A stretch of DNA of 63,008 nucleotides from Gekko japonicus (Eukaryota). The DNA lies in assembly GCF_001447785.1 (NCBI RefSeq), contig NW_015176458.1:1612216-1675223 (forward strand), written 5' to 3'. Both the position numbers and the translations under genes were made by a program. Position 1 is the first letter of the stretch, and every line of letters starts with the position of its first letter. Positions 36,500-50,289 of the stretch are shown here, in pieces. A model generated the notes under the pieces. It saw only the letters and a program-made list of their open reading frames with translations. It searched no databases and was not told where the DNA came from.

Positions 36500-36983
36500 C
36501 ATGTCTTTATTACAAGATAATTTAAAACAGTTATGGGCCCATCTATAGCCTCGATACAAGATAAAATCGTTCAATGTTCAGAATTGAAACCTAATGTAAC
36601 CTGACGTGTTTGGCCTAACTGGCCTTCTTTAGTGGTCGAGCACAGATAGTACACTTAGGCTCCATACTGCAATAATAATACAAATAGTTAATCAATGTAG
36701 GACCAAAAAGGAGTTCCGTTGAAAAGGAAAGGGGGGAAAAAATAACAAATTTCCCTGGAAGGCCAGTGAACACTGCACAGAGGGCAAGGCACTCCCCAGA
36801 TGTAGGTTCCTAGCACTGGTATTCAGACTTCCTCTGAATGTGGCATTTTAGCTAGTACCCATTGATGGATCTGTCTTATATAAATTTGTCTAATCACCTT
36901 TTAAAGACATCTGTGCTTCTGGCCATCACTCTGTCCATTGGCCATGAGTTCCACCATTTAATTGCTTGTTGCATATATATAAG

Positions 36984-37777
36984 TGTCAGGCTCTGGGATG
37001 CCCCCAGGCCATGTGAACCCGCTTGCCGTGATGACGGAGGATGTAGGAGGGAAGCAAGTACCTCAGATTCAGAAGGAAGGGGGAGTTGCGCCACTCCCCG
37101 AATCACCTTCCTCAGGTTTACAGCCACACTCCCTTCTCTCTAGACCGTCACACTAGCTGCCTCCGAAATCCTCCCCGGTACTGCTCCGCTTCCCTCCTTA
37201 TATCCCTCTTTCCCCCTGTTAGTGACACACCCCTTTCTGTTCTCCTGGATCCTATTGCCTCTTCCCTGTGCCCATCACCATTTCTCTCATTTCTATGGTG
37301 TATTCTCCCTTGCATCCCACCTCCCTCCATCTCCCCGTGTTGCCTGTCCTGAGCGTGGGCGTGCAGGGGAGTGCCCACTTCCTGTGAGAATGAGGGGCCT
37401 GATGCCAGCTGTCTCGGCGTCTCCCTACACTTGCTGATGGGTAAGGCTGGAACTCTCCACTTGTCCCTCCCTCTAGAGCGTACCCGTCCCACTTTCGTTG
37501 GCTGCTGTGGGAGGGAGTCCGCGGTGGACCCTTTCCCTGGCCCCGTCTCTTCTGGACCCCTCCTCCCTCGGGCTCTCTGTTGTGGCTGGAGGAGGGGGTT
37601 GAGGTCTCCCAGGCCTTCGGGCTGTCCTCCCATGGCCCCGTAGCTGCCACCTCTGTCACCCTCTGAGCCCTCCACCCCTGGAGCTGCGTCATCTGGGGCT
37701 CATCGAGAGCCCAGCGCGGGTCACGCCAGTCCCACCGCAGCGGCCTGTGAGGCCGTGGAGGAGCCCGTGGCGGGACA
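36984..37777 (-). mobile_element. Solo LTR (Gypsy-like), 794 bp, inserted into a CR1 3' fragment
   Basis: TG...CA termini (tgtcagg ... gggaca), perfect 5-bp TSD ataag (36979-36983, 37778-37782), and a minus-strand TATA-like gggatataagg near 37200. Confidence 0.85.
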
Positions 37778-38282
37778 ATAAGTATGGGGTTTTTTTTGTC
37801 CCTTCAGAATCCACTGTTGTCTGAGTTCTAGTATCACGCATTTCCAAGCAGGTCTTCCATTCATTTGTATTGAGGTATGAGCTCAAACAGTGCACCATCT
37901 GCACTGAAGACATAAAGCGGAGGTAAGGTATTAACTAGAGCCAAGGTTGGAGCTATCAAGTAACGCACATGCATCTGAGAATCAGGGAACTGCATCTCCT
38001 ACAAACCCATCCTGTCCCTATACATTTAGGCAGGTTGCTTGTACCAATATTAGTTCTTCAATAGCTATATTGTTGACAGAAATCACTAGGAAATTAATTT
38101 AAACTGTATAATTGGCCTGTTAAAGACTGTATCCTTGGCACTCTGTATTCGAGTAGAAAAATAGCTACCCCAGTGTGTCAGGATTGTTGAAATATTTCCC
38201 TCTCATTTTTCCTACTGATCTTATCCTGTTCAATATCACTCTTGGCAGCTACCTTGGTGCCATTTTTCTTTAAATGCATTGT

Positions 38283-38700
38283 TGCTGGCTATGTAATCCA
38301 GCTCTCTGTTGGACTGCCTTTAAGGACAATTCAGAAGCTTTGGCAAGTTTAAAACGTAGCAGTGAAATCTTGGATGAATTATTGGACACGTATTTCACCT
38401 GTGTTAAAGGAGTTGTGTTGGCTACTGGTTAGTTTTTGGGCTTCATTCAAAGTGCTTGTTGTATCTAGAGCATTTAAAGGAGCACTGCCCTTGCCAGTTA
38501 ACTGAAGTCATCATCTGAAACCCTGCTCTGGGTGCCACCATTGTCTGAAATTCGGTGGGTCACATGGTCCTCCTGTAGTGGATCCTCCATCATGGAATAC
38601 CCTCCCCACAGATGTTCAGCTGGTGTTCTATGCGCTAATTTTCTGGCAACTGTACTAGTTAGATTATGTTCAATGCAAATTTTAGATGTAGTTATTGGTT
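38283..38700 (+). mobile_element. Old L2 LINE ORF2 3' fragment
   Basis: Decayed equivalent of LDYCN..L.GLPL..IQKL...QN.A...ISPVLKEL.WL.V......FKVL. Confidence 0.75.
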
Positions 38701-39009
38701 TGGTTTGGTTTTGACAGAGAAAATGAATGGGATCGAAATTACTAAAACTAGATAAAGAGAGAGAGAGATCACACAGCTAGCCAGGGTAGTGACATGTGAC
38801 CAATAAGATTTCGCTACATGACATCATAAAGCTAAATCAGAGTGGGGCAATGTTTTATGCCCTCATTCTTGGCCAAGATTTTTACTTTGTTTTGCACCTT
38901 TTGGCTTCTATTTCAAGAAGGCTATAAGTTACGACCTTGGGTTCTTTCTTTTTGTCCTGAAGCAACCTTTCTCTCCTCCCTTTCCCTCTTCTTTTTTTTA
39001 ATATTAAAC

Positions 39010-39135
39010 ATCCAACCTTGATGAAGAGTTCTGAGGCATTTGAAATTTTGCTTATTACCTTGCAATAATTTGGTTGGTACTAACGAAAAGGGATGATACT
39101 GCTGCAGTTTTTTAAATGAGCCAACATGGCTACTT
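39010..39135 (+). mobile_element. Penelope-like pseudo-LTR remnant
   Basis: ttgatgaagagttctg...ttgaaa...ttggttggtactaa...ccaacatggctac resembles squamate Penelope termini. A similar piece lies at ~20690-20750. Confidence 0.5.
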
Positions 39136-41556
39136 CAAATCTGTGTTTTATTATTGTTTGTATAAATGGTACATAGGACATCTGAAAGCTCTGGTTTGGC
39201 AAACACACAACCAACGTTAGTAAGAGAGTGAGTAAATTTAGTAATGGGACTGCACATAAATGCTTTAGGGTGAATTAAAAGATTTTTACAGGAACAACCC
39301 AAACTTTTCACCTCTTCTCAAGAAACTATTTGAGCGTCTCCAGGTGTGTGACTGCTAGATTAAGACCTAGGTAAGTCAGAATGTTTTCCATTTCTCTTAA
39401 TTCTTAAATCTTTCAAACTAAACACTAAAAATGAATTTTTCAAAACAAGCTCCTGTCATAAGTAAGTGTGCCAGAAGCTATGGAGTTTGCAGTTATTCAC
39501 AAGTGAAGTACAATCCCATATGAAATGGACCCTTTCCCCCTTCCTTTGGGCATTAAGTGAGTCTGAAAAGAACACTCATAACTCTTAAACATGGAAGTGG
39601 TGAATAATTCCCACAAAGCCTCTTTATCAGATTGAACTAACAACCCTTCCCAATTTAGAATACGAATGGATTATGGCATTCAGAAAATGTGAAAAACAGA
39701 GCAGTCAGCTTCCCATATGACTTTAACGTCTGTGCAATCTGTTTCCAAGAATACCCGGACTGGGCAGTTCTGCATACCGGATCTAAAGGTACTGGGGCTA
39801 GGCATTTGGAATCACACCCTAAATTGAACTTATTTGTTGGTTCATGAGGAACAAGATTTAGGGAGGGTGCTGCTGATCACAGAATTAAGAGGCAAAGGGA
39901 CCATCTGAAACCCTATGTATTCAGCCGGCTAGTGGTGGAATCCTCTTCCAGGACGAAGTCTTCCCTGAGTGGAAGAGGAATCTGTAGTAGATTCACAGGA
40001 TCTGTTGGGTCTGTGAGAAATTTAAGGAGAAATTGCTGAGGTGAATAAGAGAAGGATAGATCTGGGGAACCACAGGACCATTTCAGGTTGGAAAGTGCAT
40101 GAAGTTGCATTATAATGAATCAGACCATTGGTCTATCAAGGTCACTATTGTCTTCTCTGGTGGGCAAAAGCTCTCTAGGGGCTCTGGCAGAGGTCCTTCT
40201 ACATAATCTACTACATAATCCTTTTAGCTGGAGATGCTGTGTGCTGAACCAGGGACCTTCTGCATGCCAAGTAGATTCTCTACCACTAAGCCACAGCCCC
40301 ACCTGGATTCTCTACCACTAAGCCACAGCCCCACTCAAACAGCATGGGGGAAAGACTGGTTAAACCCTCTCTCTTCTTCTAACACAGCAACCCTTAGCTA
40401 AATCACATCCTCGAATAACTGTTGCTTACAAAGGGGGGGGGATCTTTCGGAGATGGAACTCCCAGCATCTCATCCTGTTTGACCCTGAGTCAGAAGCAGT
40501 CCAAGTTGTGGTTTTTGGACAGACTGTACAAAACTCAAATCACTTATTAACTGTGTATGCTTTCCATGCCCAATTATAATCAGAACTTCTTTCCAAGGCT
40601 TCACTACTGCAGACTATTTTTGTGTGTGTGTGACTGATAATATTTATGGAAGGAAAACAGAGGAAGATAGGCAAAGAATTCCTCAAGGGAAGTCAGGGTT
40701 GTTGCTTTTTTTAACATACTTCAGTTTTTGCACAGAGCTTTCTAAAGACAATGCTTCATGAACTGGTTTTATATATATCCACAGATAAGCTTTTCAAAAT
40801 ACAGTTCTGCTTCACAATCCTAAACTCACTTAATTTAAAGAAAGGGTCCATACAACTAAGAAGTTGAAATTTTCTACTAGGAAAAACAGGAGAAAGGGAC
40901 TGCTTTTTGCCCACTAAAGACTATGCTAGAGGCATGGGGACCTCTCATGAAAAGGGTCATCTAGGATGGGGCTGTATAGAGAAGGAGAATCAGGTGAAAT
41001 CAAGTGGAAATCCTTGGTTTCTTGATCAAGTGGAAACTAATAGGATCCAGTCCAATCAAACTAGTCCAAGATATGTTCTCTGTATTCAGAAGAGATTGGT
41101 TGTCTGTAGCATCTTGCTAAATGGATTTAACCAAATATCATCTACAAAAGTGTAGTGAAACGGTCATCAAAATCCATCTTTGGTCTCATTTATTTCAATA
41201 GTACACATTTCCAAGTAAGTGCACAATTAGGATTCCAGAACTGATTAGTGATGGTTATAACATTTGTGAATAATGAATTAATAATATGAGTTTTCATTAC
41301 TCATAATACTTGTTTTTATTATTAATTGGTCACGCTTACCCTAAAACTCTTATTCCGTTAGTAATTAACAAGATATATTTTGAACTGATGTCCTACTTTT
41401 TGCAACTGTGGCATTCAGCAGATTGGGCAGAAGAGGCTCACTGCGCTGTAGTCAATTGCCTATGTTCTGCACAGGATCACTTTAATCTCATATCACACTC
41501 AACTGTCCTTTCTTATTTTTAGCTGAAATTGATTTGAGTTATTTTTTAATACAGAA

Positions 41557-42314
41557 GATGCATTCAGACACGCCGTTTTATCTGGTGTCGTCAAGCTTTA
41601 GAAACGGATTTTATATGCACGATCACACAGTCAACATCTGCCTCCCGTCCCCAGCCATTGGTTTCCGGCTCAAAACTGCTTTAACCCAGAGTATTTTGTT
41701 ACTAGGTCCCAAAGTGGTGTTTTCTCAGCTCTCCAGTTTAAAGCCACATTTTTCCCCTGTGCGATTGCTCCTCCAGTGTCAAGCCACTTCTGGTTTAAAC
41801 CCCCTCCCTGCTCGAAAGCTGCCCAAGGCTTCCGCTTTTCACCTGCCATTTTTTAATGCATTGGCAGTGTGCACATAGGTGGAGCTCTGCCACCGCGTTT
41901 AGAAAACCAACATTTAAACGGTCACTTGTTTTAGAGTTTAGATGAGTTTGGGATCTCACGGAGGTCATTTTTGGATCAAACTTTTAAAGGGAAGTCTTTT
42001 GTTGGAGGGGTTGGATTGAGTCACTCTGGTGGTTCTGCACATGCGCCATGATAGTTTCGCCCACCCATTTTACGGAGGGTCACCTATGCGCATGCACAAA
42101 CTGAGAAAAAAATAAAAAACCCACTGATGCACGCTCCCGCACATCAGTAGTGTAGACGCCGGGGAGCGATGTGACTGTGCTGTGAGGCGGGATAAGGGAG
42201 GTAAGTGTGATCATGATTATCCAGATCAAATATAATCCGGTTAGAACCAGAGAGTTTAACCCGCTCTCAGCATGCCGTCTGACCGCACCCAGAGTGTTCC
42301 GTCTGCAGTGCAGC
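41557..42314. mobile_element. CpG-rich non-autonomous DNA transposon (Harbinger-like ends)
   Basis: Ends gatgcattcagac / gtctgcagtgcagc, with locally elevated CpG. Confidence 0.5.
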
Positions 42315-44967
42315 AAACTAGTCATCATCATAGCATTGCAGTTCCCTCCCCACCCACAATACCATTCGCAATCACCATTGCAGGAAACATTAAGTGGTAA
42401 TTTAGAACTCTCAGCAAAAAAAAAAGTTTGTCCATGGAGGACATTCATAATTAGCATCCCAAGATAAAAGGGATGTTGATACCAAAGGTGAACAAGAGAC
42501 ACTCCAATCTCTCATAGACTTGAAGTCCCTTTCCAATTACCTCTGAAAGATCACTGCAAGATAATGCTCATTTGTTGGTGTTATAGATACTATAACACCA
42601 GTTTTCTGTAGTGGTTAGGAGTGTGGACTCTGATCTGGGAGAACCGGGTTTGAATCTGTAGTGTCCACTGACCGCCACCGGAGTCCAGCGCACACGCCTG
42701 AGCTTCAGTCCAGGACAACAATGGGGACTAGGATTCTAGTCCCTCCACTGGGGGAACCAATGGACTGAGTTAGCGAGAGCTAGCTGACAGTTTTTTAGCC
42801 TCCAGCTCACACATTTTTCTCTTGGCTCAGGAAGGATGGCTCCAGAGCAAACTAATTTATGCAGTAACCAAAGCGCTCACTCACAACTTTAATGCCAGTA
42901 GCTCATAAAGTAGAATTTTTGCTCACAAGACTCCACAGCTTAGAGGGAGCATTGGTCCCCACTCCTCCACATGCAGCTGCTGGTGTGACCTTGGGTCAGT
43001 TACAAGTTCTTTTGGAGCTGTTCTCTCGCAAACAGTCCTTGAAAGGGCTCTCTCAGCCCCACCTACCTCACAGGGTGTCTGTTGGCTCTGAGACTCCTTT
43101 GGGTAGTGAAGGGCAGAGTACAAATCTAATCTCTTCTTCTCTTTTTCTTCTTACCATCTTTCATTAGGATGATGGTTTACTTGTAGTCTAGGATGACTGG
43201 CCAGTGCTTCATCAATGATGCTTGATAGCTAGTAATCTCTCTTCACCATTTGCAATACGATACATTCTGATGCTTGAAGAACATGATGCCCTTCCAGCTA
43301 AATGAACCAGTTTGCAGTCTGAATCTGGAGAGAACCAAAAGAGGAACCCTGAGAGTGCCGTGAATCTGGTGAACTGAAGTTGTCTTGACATATAGTAGCT
43401 TTCCTTGGAGACCTAGTGCAGGTACAACAGCTGTGCTGTCCACTTATAGGACTGTGTGTGCCTCCACAATGCTCTTCGTATATTTGTGAAGAAAGCAAAA
43501 ACTACAGACACCATAAGTGTCCAGTGCCCTCTTCTTCAAAGGAAAGAAAACCCAGTAACGAATAAACAGGGAATTCTCACTGTTCATGGAAGTGAGACAA
43601 GAATAGTAACAATACCTCTTGGATAATAACTGTGAGTGTAAGAAGCAGCTTTATTACGACTCAGACCATTGGTCCCACAGATTGCAGAAGAGGTGCCCTG
43701 TACCCTGTGGGTTGGATCAAACTAATTTTTATACTGATGAATAACGAAGAAGGGAATACAGGAGAATACAGGAGAGGCACCCTTTGACCATGACAAAGGT
43801 CATGCATGGACAAAAGTCATGTGCAACAGGGGCTCAGATTTGGAAGGAAGCTGGGTGACATGGAATGAAAAAGTTGGCTAGCTGTATTACCCTATATTAT
43901 GATGGTTTATTCTGTAGATCAAACCTTCATTGATACTATTTAAACTCGAATAGCTGGTATGGGGATTTAAAAATATATATCATGTCTGATTAAAGAGGTG
44001 CCTTTCTGGAAGTACCTTAATTTCACTGGGTTTAAAAAAAAAAAACTTCACCATATGACAAAATGCTTGCTGTCAGGTTGGACGCTGGCTTATTCTTTTT
44101 GTCCATTCTTCCTAGTTGTAAATCTTTTAAATTGCATATTGCCAATTAAGAGAAATTCTAAAAAACGCAAATTGAGATACCAGAAACCAGAAAAGAATGC
44201 TGTTGGCAGAGACCCCAGATATTCTATGTGTGTGCCGGTCCGTCTCTGGTGATTTAATCGTAACCGTTCCAGAAGGTTTAAGGAAAGTTTTTCATGGACA
44301 TCATGCGGCAAACAGCAGAGGAGAAGCAGCAGCCTGGGAAAGAGCTGGGGCCCAGTTCAGTCACCTCTCTTCTAACTCCTGTGAATAATCTTGGGCTCGA
44401 TTAATTCCATAGAGTTTCTTGCTCCCTTGGTTTCTTGATGGGAATGTTGTTTTTAAAATTTGTGTTTTACACAGCTTCGGTGCCTGCCTTCTCTCCTCCC
44501 CAGTGGCTTTAAAGTTGCTTATTCACTTATGCATGCGTTTAATTTCTAATCTGCATCTTTCCTTTCCCTCCTTAGGGTGGGAAGCAACATTTCAGGTACA
44601 CGCATTCCGGGAAAGAGTGAACTGATGCCTTCATACCTAGGGCTGCGGTTATAATGGAGTATTCAAAATGTATCCCCTGTCAAATGCCCATAAAATAGTT
44701 TCTGCATTTTTGCAAATTCGTCCTAACTATATTCAAAATGGGACTGTTAAAGCTACACATCTTCCTCTCCCTCCCTCTCCCTCTCGTTTTCCTTCACACA
44801 CACACACACACAGAGGCATGAATCCAACCATCGGTGGGCTTCATGGATTTCACCATTTCCACTTCCTATGGTACCTAGGGTTACCAACTGTCATTTGGGG
44901 CTTGGATATCTCCTAGAACTACTACTGATCTTCAGACTACAGAAAGCAGTTCCCCTGGAGAAAATGG

Positions 44968-45375
44968 TGCTGGAAATATGTGTGTGTTGCAAGGTCTAAT
45001 TCAGTCATTATAGGGTTAATCTGCTTTACCTTGTGTGCTATTGTTTAGACTGACCTGGAAGGGAAACCTGGCTCAGAGCCAATGATAACAAAGCCCACGA
45101 AATCTAAGTGTATTTATTCACAATCATTGGTTAATGCATTCAGGTGACTTCCTTCTAGGGGTCAAGAAGAAGAAGAATCTCCATTACAGTTGTTGTAGAC
45201 TGTGTGGTCAAAGTGTAAACATGTAGTCTTCGGTGTCTCTGTTATTTTGTAGGTTTCCCTGTGTATCCTTCCCTTAGAAATATTTTCACACAGAAAGAGA
45301 TGCCTCCTCTCCAGTGAAGCAAAGATCTATTGCAATCTCTGAATATCTAAATATTTTTGCCTATTTTTTCCAACA
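44968..45375 (-). mobile_element. Solo LTR, 408 bp, splitting a TAGGGTTGCCA MITE
   Basis: Termini tgctggaaa / tttccaaca, perfect 5-bp TSD aatgg, minus-strand AATAAA near 45113. The host MITE resumes in register at 45376. Confidence 0.82.
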
Positions 45376-48300
45376 AATGGCTGCCTTGGAGGTTGCACTC
45401 TGCAGCATTATATACTCTGCTGAGGTCCCTCCCCTCTCCAAATCCTGCCCCCCTCAGGCTCTACCCCCAAATCTTCAGAAATGTTCCAACCTGGAATTGG
45501 CAATCCTAACTTCAGCCCACTAAATTCCCTTCATGTTGAGTCAGCAGAACTTCACAGGGTAAAGGGGGAGTCTGCCGGAGCATGGGGTTTTTTTTCCAGA
45601 AATTGCTGCCTCCTCTTCCACAAACAGAAAAGTTATGTCCAATGTCTGCCAATCTCCAGGTGGTGCCTGGAGATCTCCTGGAATTACAACTAGTGGGCTA
45701 CAGAGATCAGTTTCCCTGGAGCAAATGGCTGCTTTAGAAGGTAGGGTCTATGTCATTATATGCCACTGAGGTCCCTCCCCTCCCTAAACCCATCCCTCCC
45801 CAAGCTCTACCTCCAAAATTTCCAGGGGTTTCACAACCCAGAGCTAGCTGTAATGACACTATTGCACTATAGGTGCACAGATGCAACTGGAGATGAGACT
45901 TAATAAGGCACCATGTATTTTCAAAAATTACCTTGAAGATTCAGCACTTACTGCTGCAATCAGCAATGAAACATGTTATTCCTGTTTGTAGTTCAGGCTT
46001 AGCTCCTCCTATGTCCTCAAGATAAAAATAGCAACTGTCTATCCTACTGAATCACAGAGCTGCAAAACTGCTGCAAATCTTCATGCATCCTGAAATTGTG
46101 CCCTTGATTCACCCATAAGCTAGTTCTAAGCAAAGCTCTGGGCCAGATACACTACCTCCTTGTGTGACAAACCAACACGAAGAACTATTTACAGCAATGT
46201 AAAATACTGCATTATTGTTTTTTAAAGAAGAATTTTAAAATCCTTGTGCTTGACTGGAGCTATAAGAATATTAGAGGAGAATAGACTCTAGGTGGAGAGG
46301 AGAGGTTCATATTTGTGGACGAGCCACCAAAATGCCCTTTCTTCCTTATCTATCTGTACAGATGCAGAGGTCTCATTCATGGTTTCTTTGCACAATGGAG
46401 GAAGCAGCAAAAGAGAAATTGAAACAATTACTGCATCATGCTTTAGCTGTAACATCCTAAGGGAGCAATTGGGTATCTCCATGTAGGAAAGGGTATGAGC
46501 TCCAGATGTGGAAATGGCCTGGGCGAGGAGGCATCACACATTGCAAACATCACACAGAGGCTGCTAGAAATGGCCTCTGTTTGATGACCAAGTGATGAAA
46601 CCCAATGTGGTGTTAGAAATGTGACAAGACATCTGGGGTTGAAATCCTTGCTTATCCACAAAATGCACCAGGTGACCTTGGGCCATTCACTGTCTCAACT
46701 CACAGGATGGCTGTGGGGATAAAAGTGGGGGGGAGGCCACGTGTGTCACGTGAGCCCTTTGGTGGTGGGATTAAATGTTAATCATGACTGAGAAACATGC
46801 AGCAGAGATTCTCAATGCTTGGTCCTGCCTAGTGTGGCTTCTATGCAAACAAGCAGCCAGCAGCCAACTAACACAAATATTAGAGTTGAGCTGGCATCGT
46901 TCCATGGTAGGTACAAGAATTCTGATTACTGGTGCTGTTGCATTATGGGTGCTACATATATGCCATACAATGGCAGTCACTGTGTGATATTCATAACCAG
47001 CGATCCAGGTATTACACATCTACTTACAGAGCGAACAGCAGGCTCCATTTTTGTATACTGCGGGGGGTGGGGGAACAGGAAGTACAAGTCACTTCCACAT
47101 CCTCTTTTGTAAATTCTGCAAAGGCTTCCTTTTTCACAGGTTCCTGTTGCATATGAAAGAGTCCTCAGGCATCCTATTGATTGTATCATCTTTGTTCTTA
47201 ATGCATCTGCCAGTCCAGTTTCTTTTTGGAGTAATATGCTGCTTCCTAGCTGTAATGAAGAAGAAAATGGGATATTTTATAGCTCTCACCTCTGACAAAT
47301 TCATGCCATAATGTCTCCTTCTAAATATATATATATATATTACAATTACAGGTTAATAACCTTGCCAGAAACGATACTAGGGCCATGCATGAGTTGTTGG
47401 GTTTAATAAAACTGTCAACTTGGGAAACCGTAAGCATGCCAATGCATATTTACCCATTTGGTTCTTTCCAAAGAGTAAGCTCTTTCTAAAAGATGCATTT
47501 CTAAAGTTCAGCCATGTTGAACCAAATCTAAAGACAAGAGGGAAACATTTATATAAGGAAAAGCATCAGCCGGTGGGGGGGATATTGTTGACATATTTTT
47601 TAAAAAATCTCCAGGCATAGTTAAGCTTCTCCCACAATTGAATAGGCCAACTTGAAACTCCAACATCAGACTTTAAAAAAAAAAAATCTGATTTGTTCTA
47701 CCAATTAAAATTTTAGGATGCATTTGAAATTTAAAATTTTTTCCCAGCTGAATTTTCAAGTTATTGACAAAAGATGCAAGGTTTCTCAGAGATGCTCACT
47801 CGCACTTTATTCTCCGTATCTTTTTTGCCTGCCTTCTTTTTTATGGCATTCATATTTTATTTTAGATTTAAAATTTTAGGCTGCTTTTCAGCCACAAGCG
47901 ACTTACAATAAAATATCATAACATGTCATTAAAATGCCCATATCCAAAACATTTCAATTTTCTTTCCTAGTTGTTCTTCCTTTTCACTCTTGTTGCTATA
48001 AAAAGAGGTAAAGGAGAAATGTATCCAAGTACATCCTGGATAACAAACAAACGCCAAAGTAAAAAAGAACAACACTGACAAGCATAACACCAGAAAAGGT
48101 CAATATATATGATATATTTCTAATAGTACTGGCATATTGGGTAAATTTAATTCCCGAATTAGGACTGAGCCAAGCAGCTGAAGCCAATTTTTGTGGCTCT
48201 AAATTTGGGCTTTCTAAGAAGCGAAAAGATTTCATTTTACATCTGTTTGCACAAACAGCAGGGGGGGGGGGAATCAGACAGAGGGGGAGGGGCTGTCCAC

Positions 48301-49937
48301 ATGTTTTAAGAAAGGGGGGTCGCACCTTCTCAGTTCTATCCAGAGCACACTGGAAGATTTACTCATAGTTCCTCTCCTGGAGGATTTTTCATATAAGACG
48401 GTACAACTTCTATATTGCTAGTACAAGAGGAATCAAACAGGACATCTATGGCTGCGGTCACACACACTAAATAATTCACTTTCAGGGCACTTTACTACTG
48501 GATTTTACTGTGTGAATGAGTTGACGGGTGTGAAGTGCATTGAAAGTGTGTGTGACCACAGTGTATGACTCCTCCCTCTCCTAAAAGTATACATGTGGGA
48601 CTTTGATGAGAACAAAACAGCAGCTCTTCCTGAGTACCCTTCTTCCCAGATTAGGTCTGAATGATGGGTTACCGGGATATGCGGTGGAACAGCCCCACTG
48701 ACCCACGAGGGCTGCTCCAATCGGCTCTCCAAGATGTCTAGGTGCTCAGTAACTATTCTAAGTCCCTGCCTGTTGACGTTCTGCTCTCCAGGCCTGCCTG
48801 ACCCTTGAGGGGTTTCCTCTCTCATTTCTTCTTTGGTAAACTGCCACCAATTGGTTGTTTCAGGAATTACCTGCCAACACACCAGTGCTCCCATCTTCCC
48901 CACCATGTTCCTATTCTAAGGCTCAGCCTAGTGCCTGCGTCTCCTGTTACCCAGTGACTATGTACCATGGGGATGGCTTACCACTCTTGCACACGCTTGG
49001 GGAATTAGTAGTCTAACAACTAACTGCCTTCCTTCCCCGGTGCCAGTTTTGAATAGAGTGTTTGAAAGGTGGAGGTCGCTGCGTTGTGGAGAACAGCATT
49101 TAAAATAGTACAGGGTTTGTTAAAAATGAAATTTCCACATACATACTTTCTGCAAATCAATGGACTGATAAAAGAAAGGTGCAAAGATCCATCCTTCACT
49201 CTATGAATTCCATAGCTGATCTTATTCTAAGGCAGGCTCTTTAATTGAGAAATTCAGTTTCTTAAAAGTGTCCCATTACCTCAGAGTATTTCTCTACGCA
49301 GTCAGCCCTTGGCCTCTTCCATGTGGCAATGGCGACCAACCAGATGGAGCCCTAGTGTGAGAGTCCCTTCCTCCAGAAAGGATCAGCCAAAATGAATCCT
49401 CTACTTTTATGCCAAAGGATTTTATCTCTTATGCTTTCCCACCCTTCCCTGAAATCTCCAGGAAGATACAATCAAGCCCCTCAACTCCCTATGTCCCTTT
49501 TACACGTCAGATTCCAGTCAAGACGTGAGCTTGTCTCCAGCCAGGATGTCCATTAGCATTTCCAAAGATTTATGGTTGATACTTGGAATGATACTTGGAA
49601 GCAATTTACTTCCCCCCTTCTGGCATGTCTTCTGTAAGGAAAGGGGGGGGACTTTAAAAATTGAAAGTGGGGGTTGTGTCAAGCCCAGTCTGCAAAATAA
49701 AATGCATTTCTCCACAGTGTAATTTTCAGAAATTCGTTGTAAACCAGCAAAAATGCTCAGCTAAGAGTCATTCAAACTACCCAGGACTTGGCTGATGGAG
49801 AGTGGGTAGAACATTCCACATGCCTCAAGAAGGTGGCTTGTATCCATCCTACCATACCACTGAACTGAGCCCCAACGTGGGCTGGAGGAATACTTCATAT
49901 TTAGCTAAGTGGAATGGCAGGATAGAAGCTGGTATGT

Positions 49938-50289
49938 TCATAAGCACATAAGACTCACCAATGTTGGATCAGGCCAAAGGCCCATCCAGTCCAACACTCT
50001 GTGTCACACAGTGGCCAGAAATACCAGTGCCATCAGGAGGTCCAGCAGTGGGGCCAGGACATTAGAAGCCCTCCCACTGTTGACCCCCCCCAAGCACCAA
50101 GAAGACAAAGCATCACTTGCCCCAGAGCCCCTATCTATACCATGTGGCTAATAGCCACTGATGGACCTCTGCTCCATATGCTTATCTAATTCCCTCTTGA
50201 AGCCGTCCATGCTTGTAGCCACCACCACTTCCTGTGGCAGTGAATTCCAAGTGTTAATCACTCTTTGGGTGAAGAAGTACTTCCTTTTC
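49938..50289 (-). mobile_element. CR1 LINE 3' end
   Basis: Near reverse complement of 7304-7587. Confidence 0.88.

Noticed and set aside
37148-37692. 175- and 146-aa minus-strand ORFs
   Set aside because: They lie inside the GC-rich solo LTR and show no domain similarity.
48660-49070. Possible LTR fragment and 133-aa ORF
   Set aside because: No TG...CA pair with a TSD was found and the ORF has no motif.
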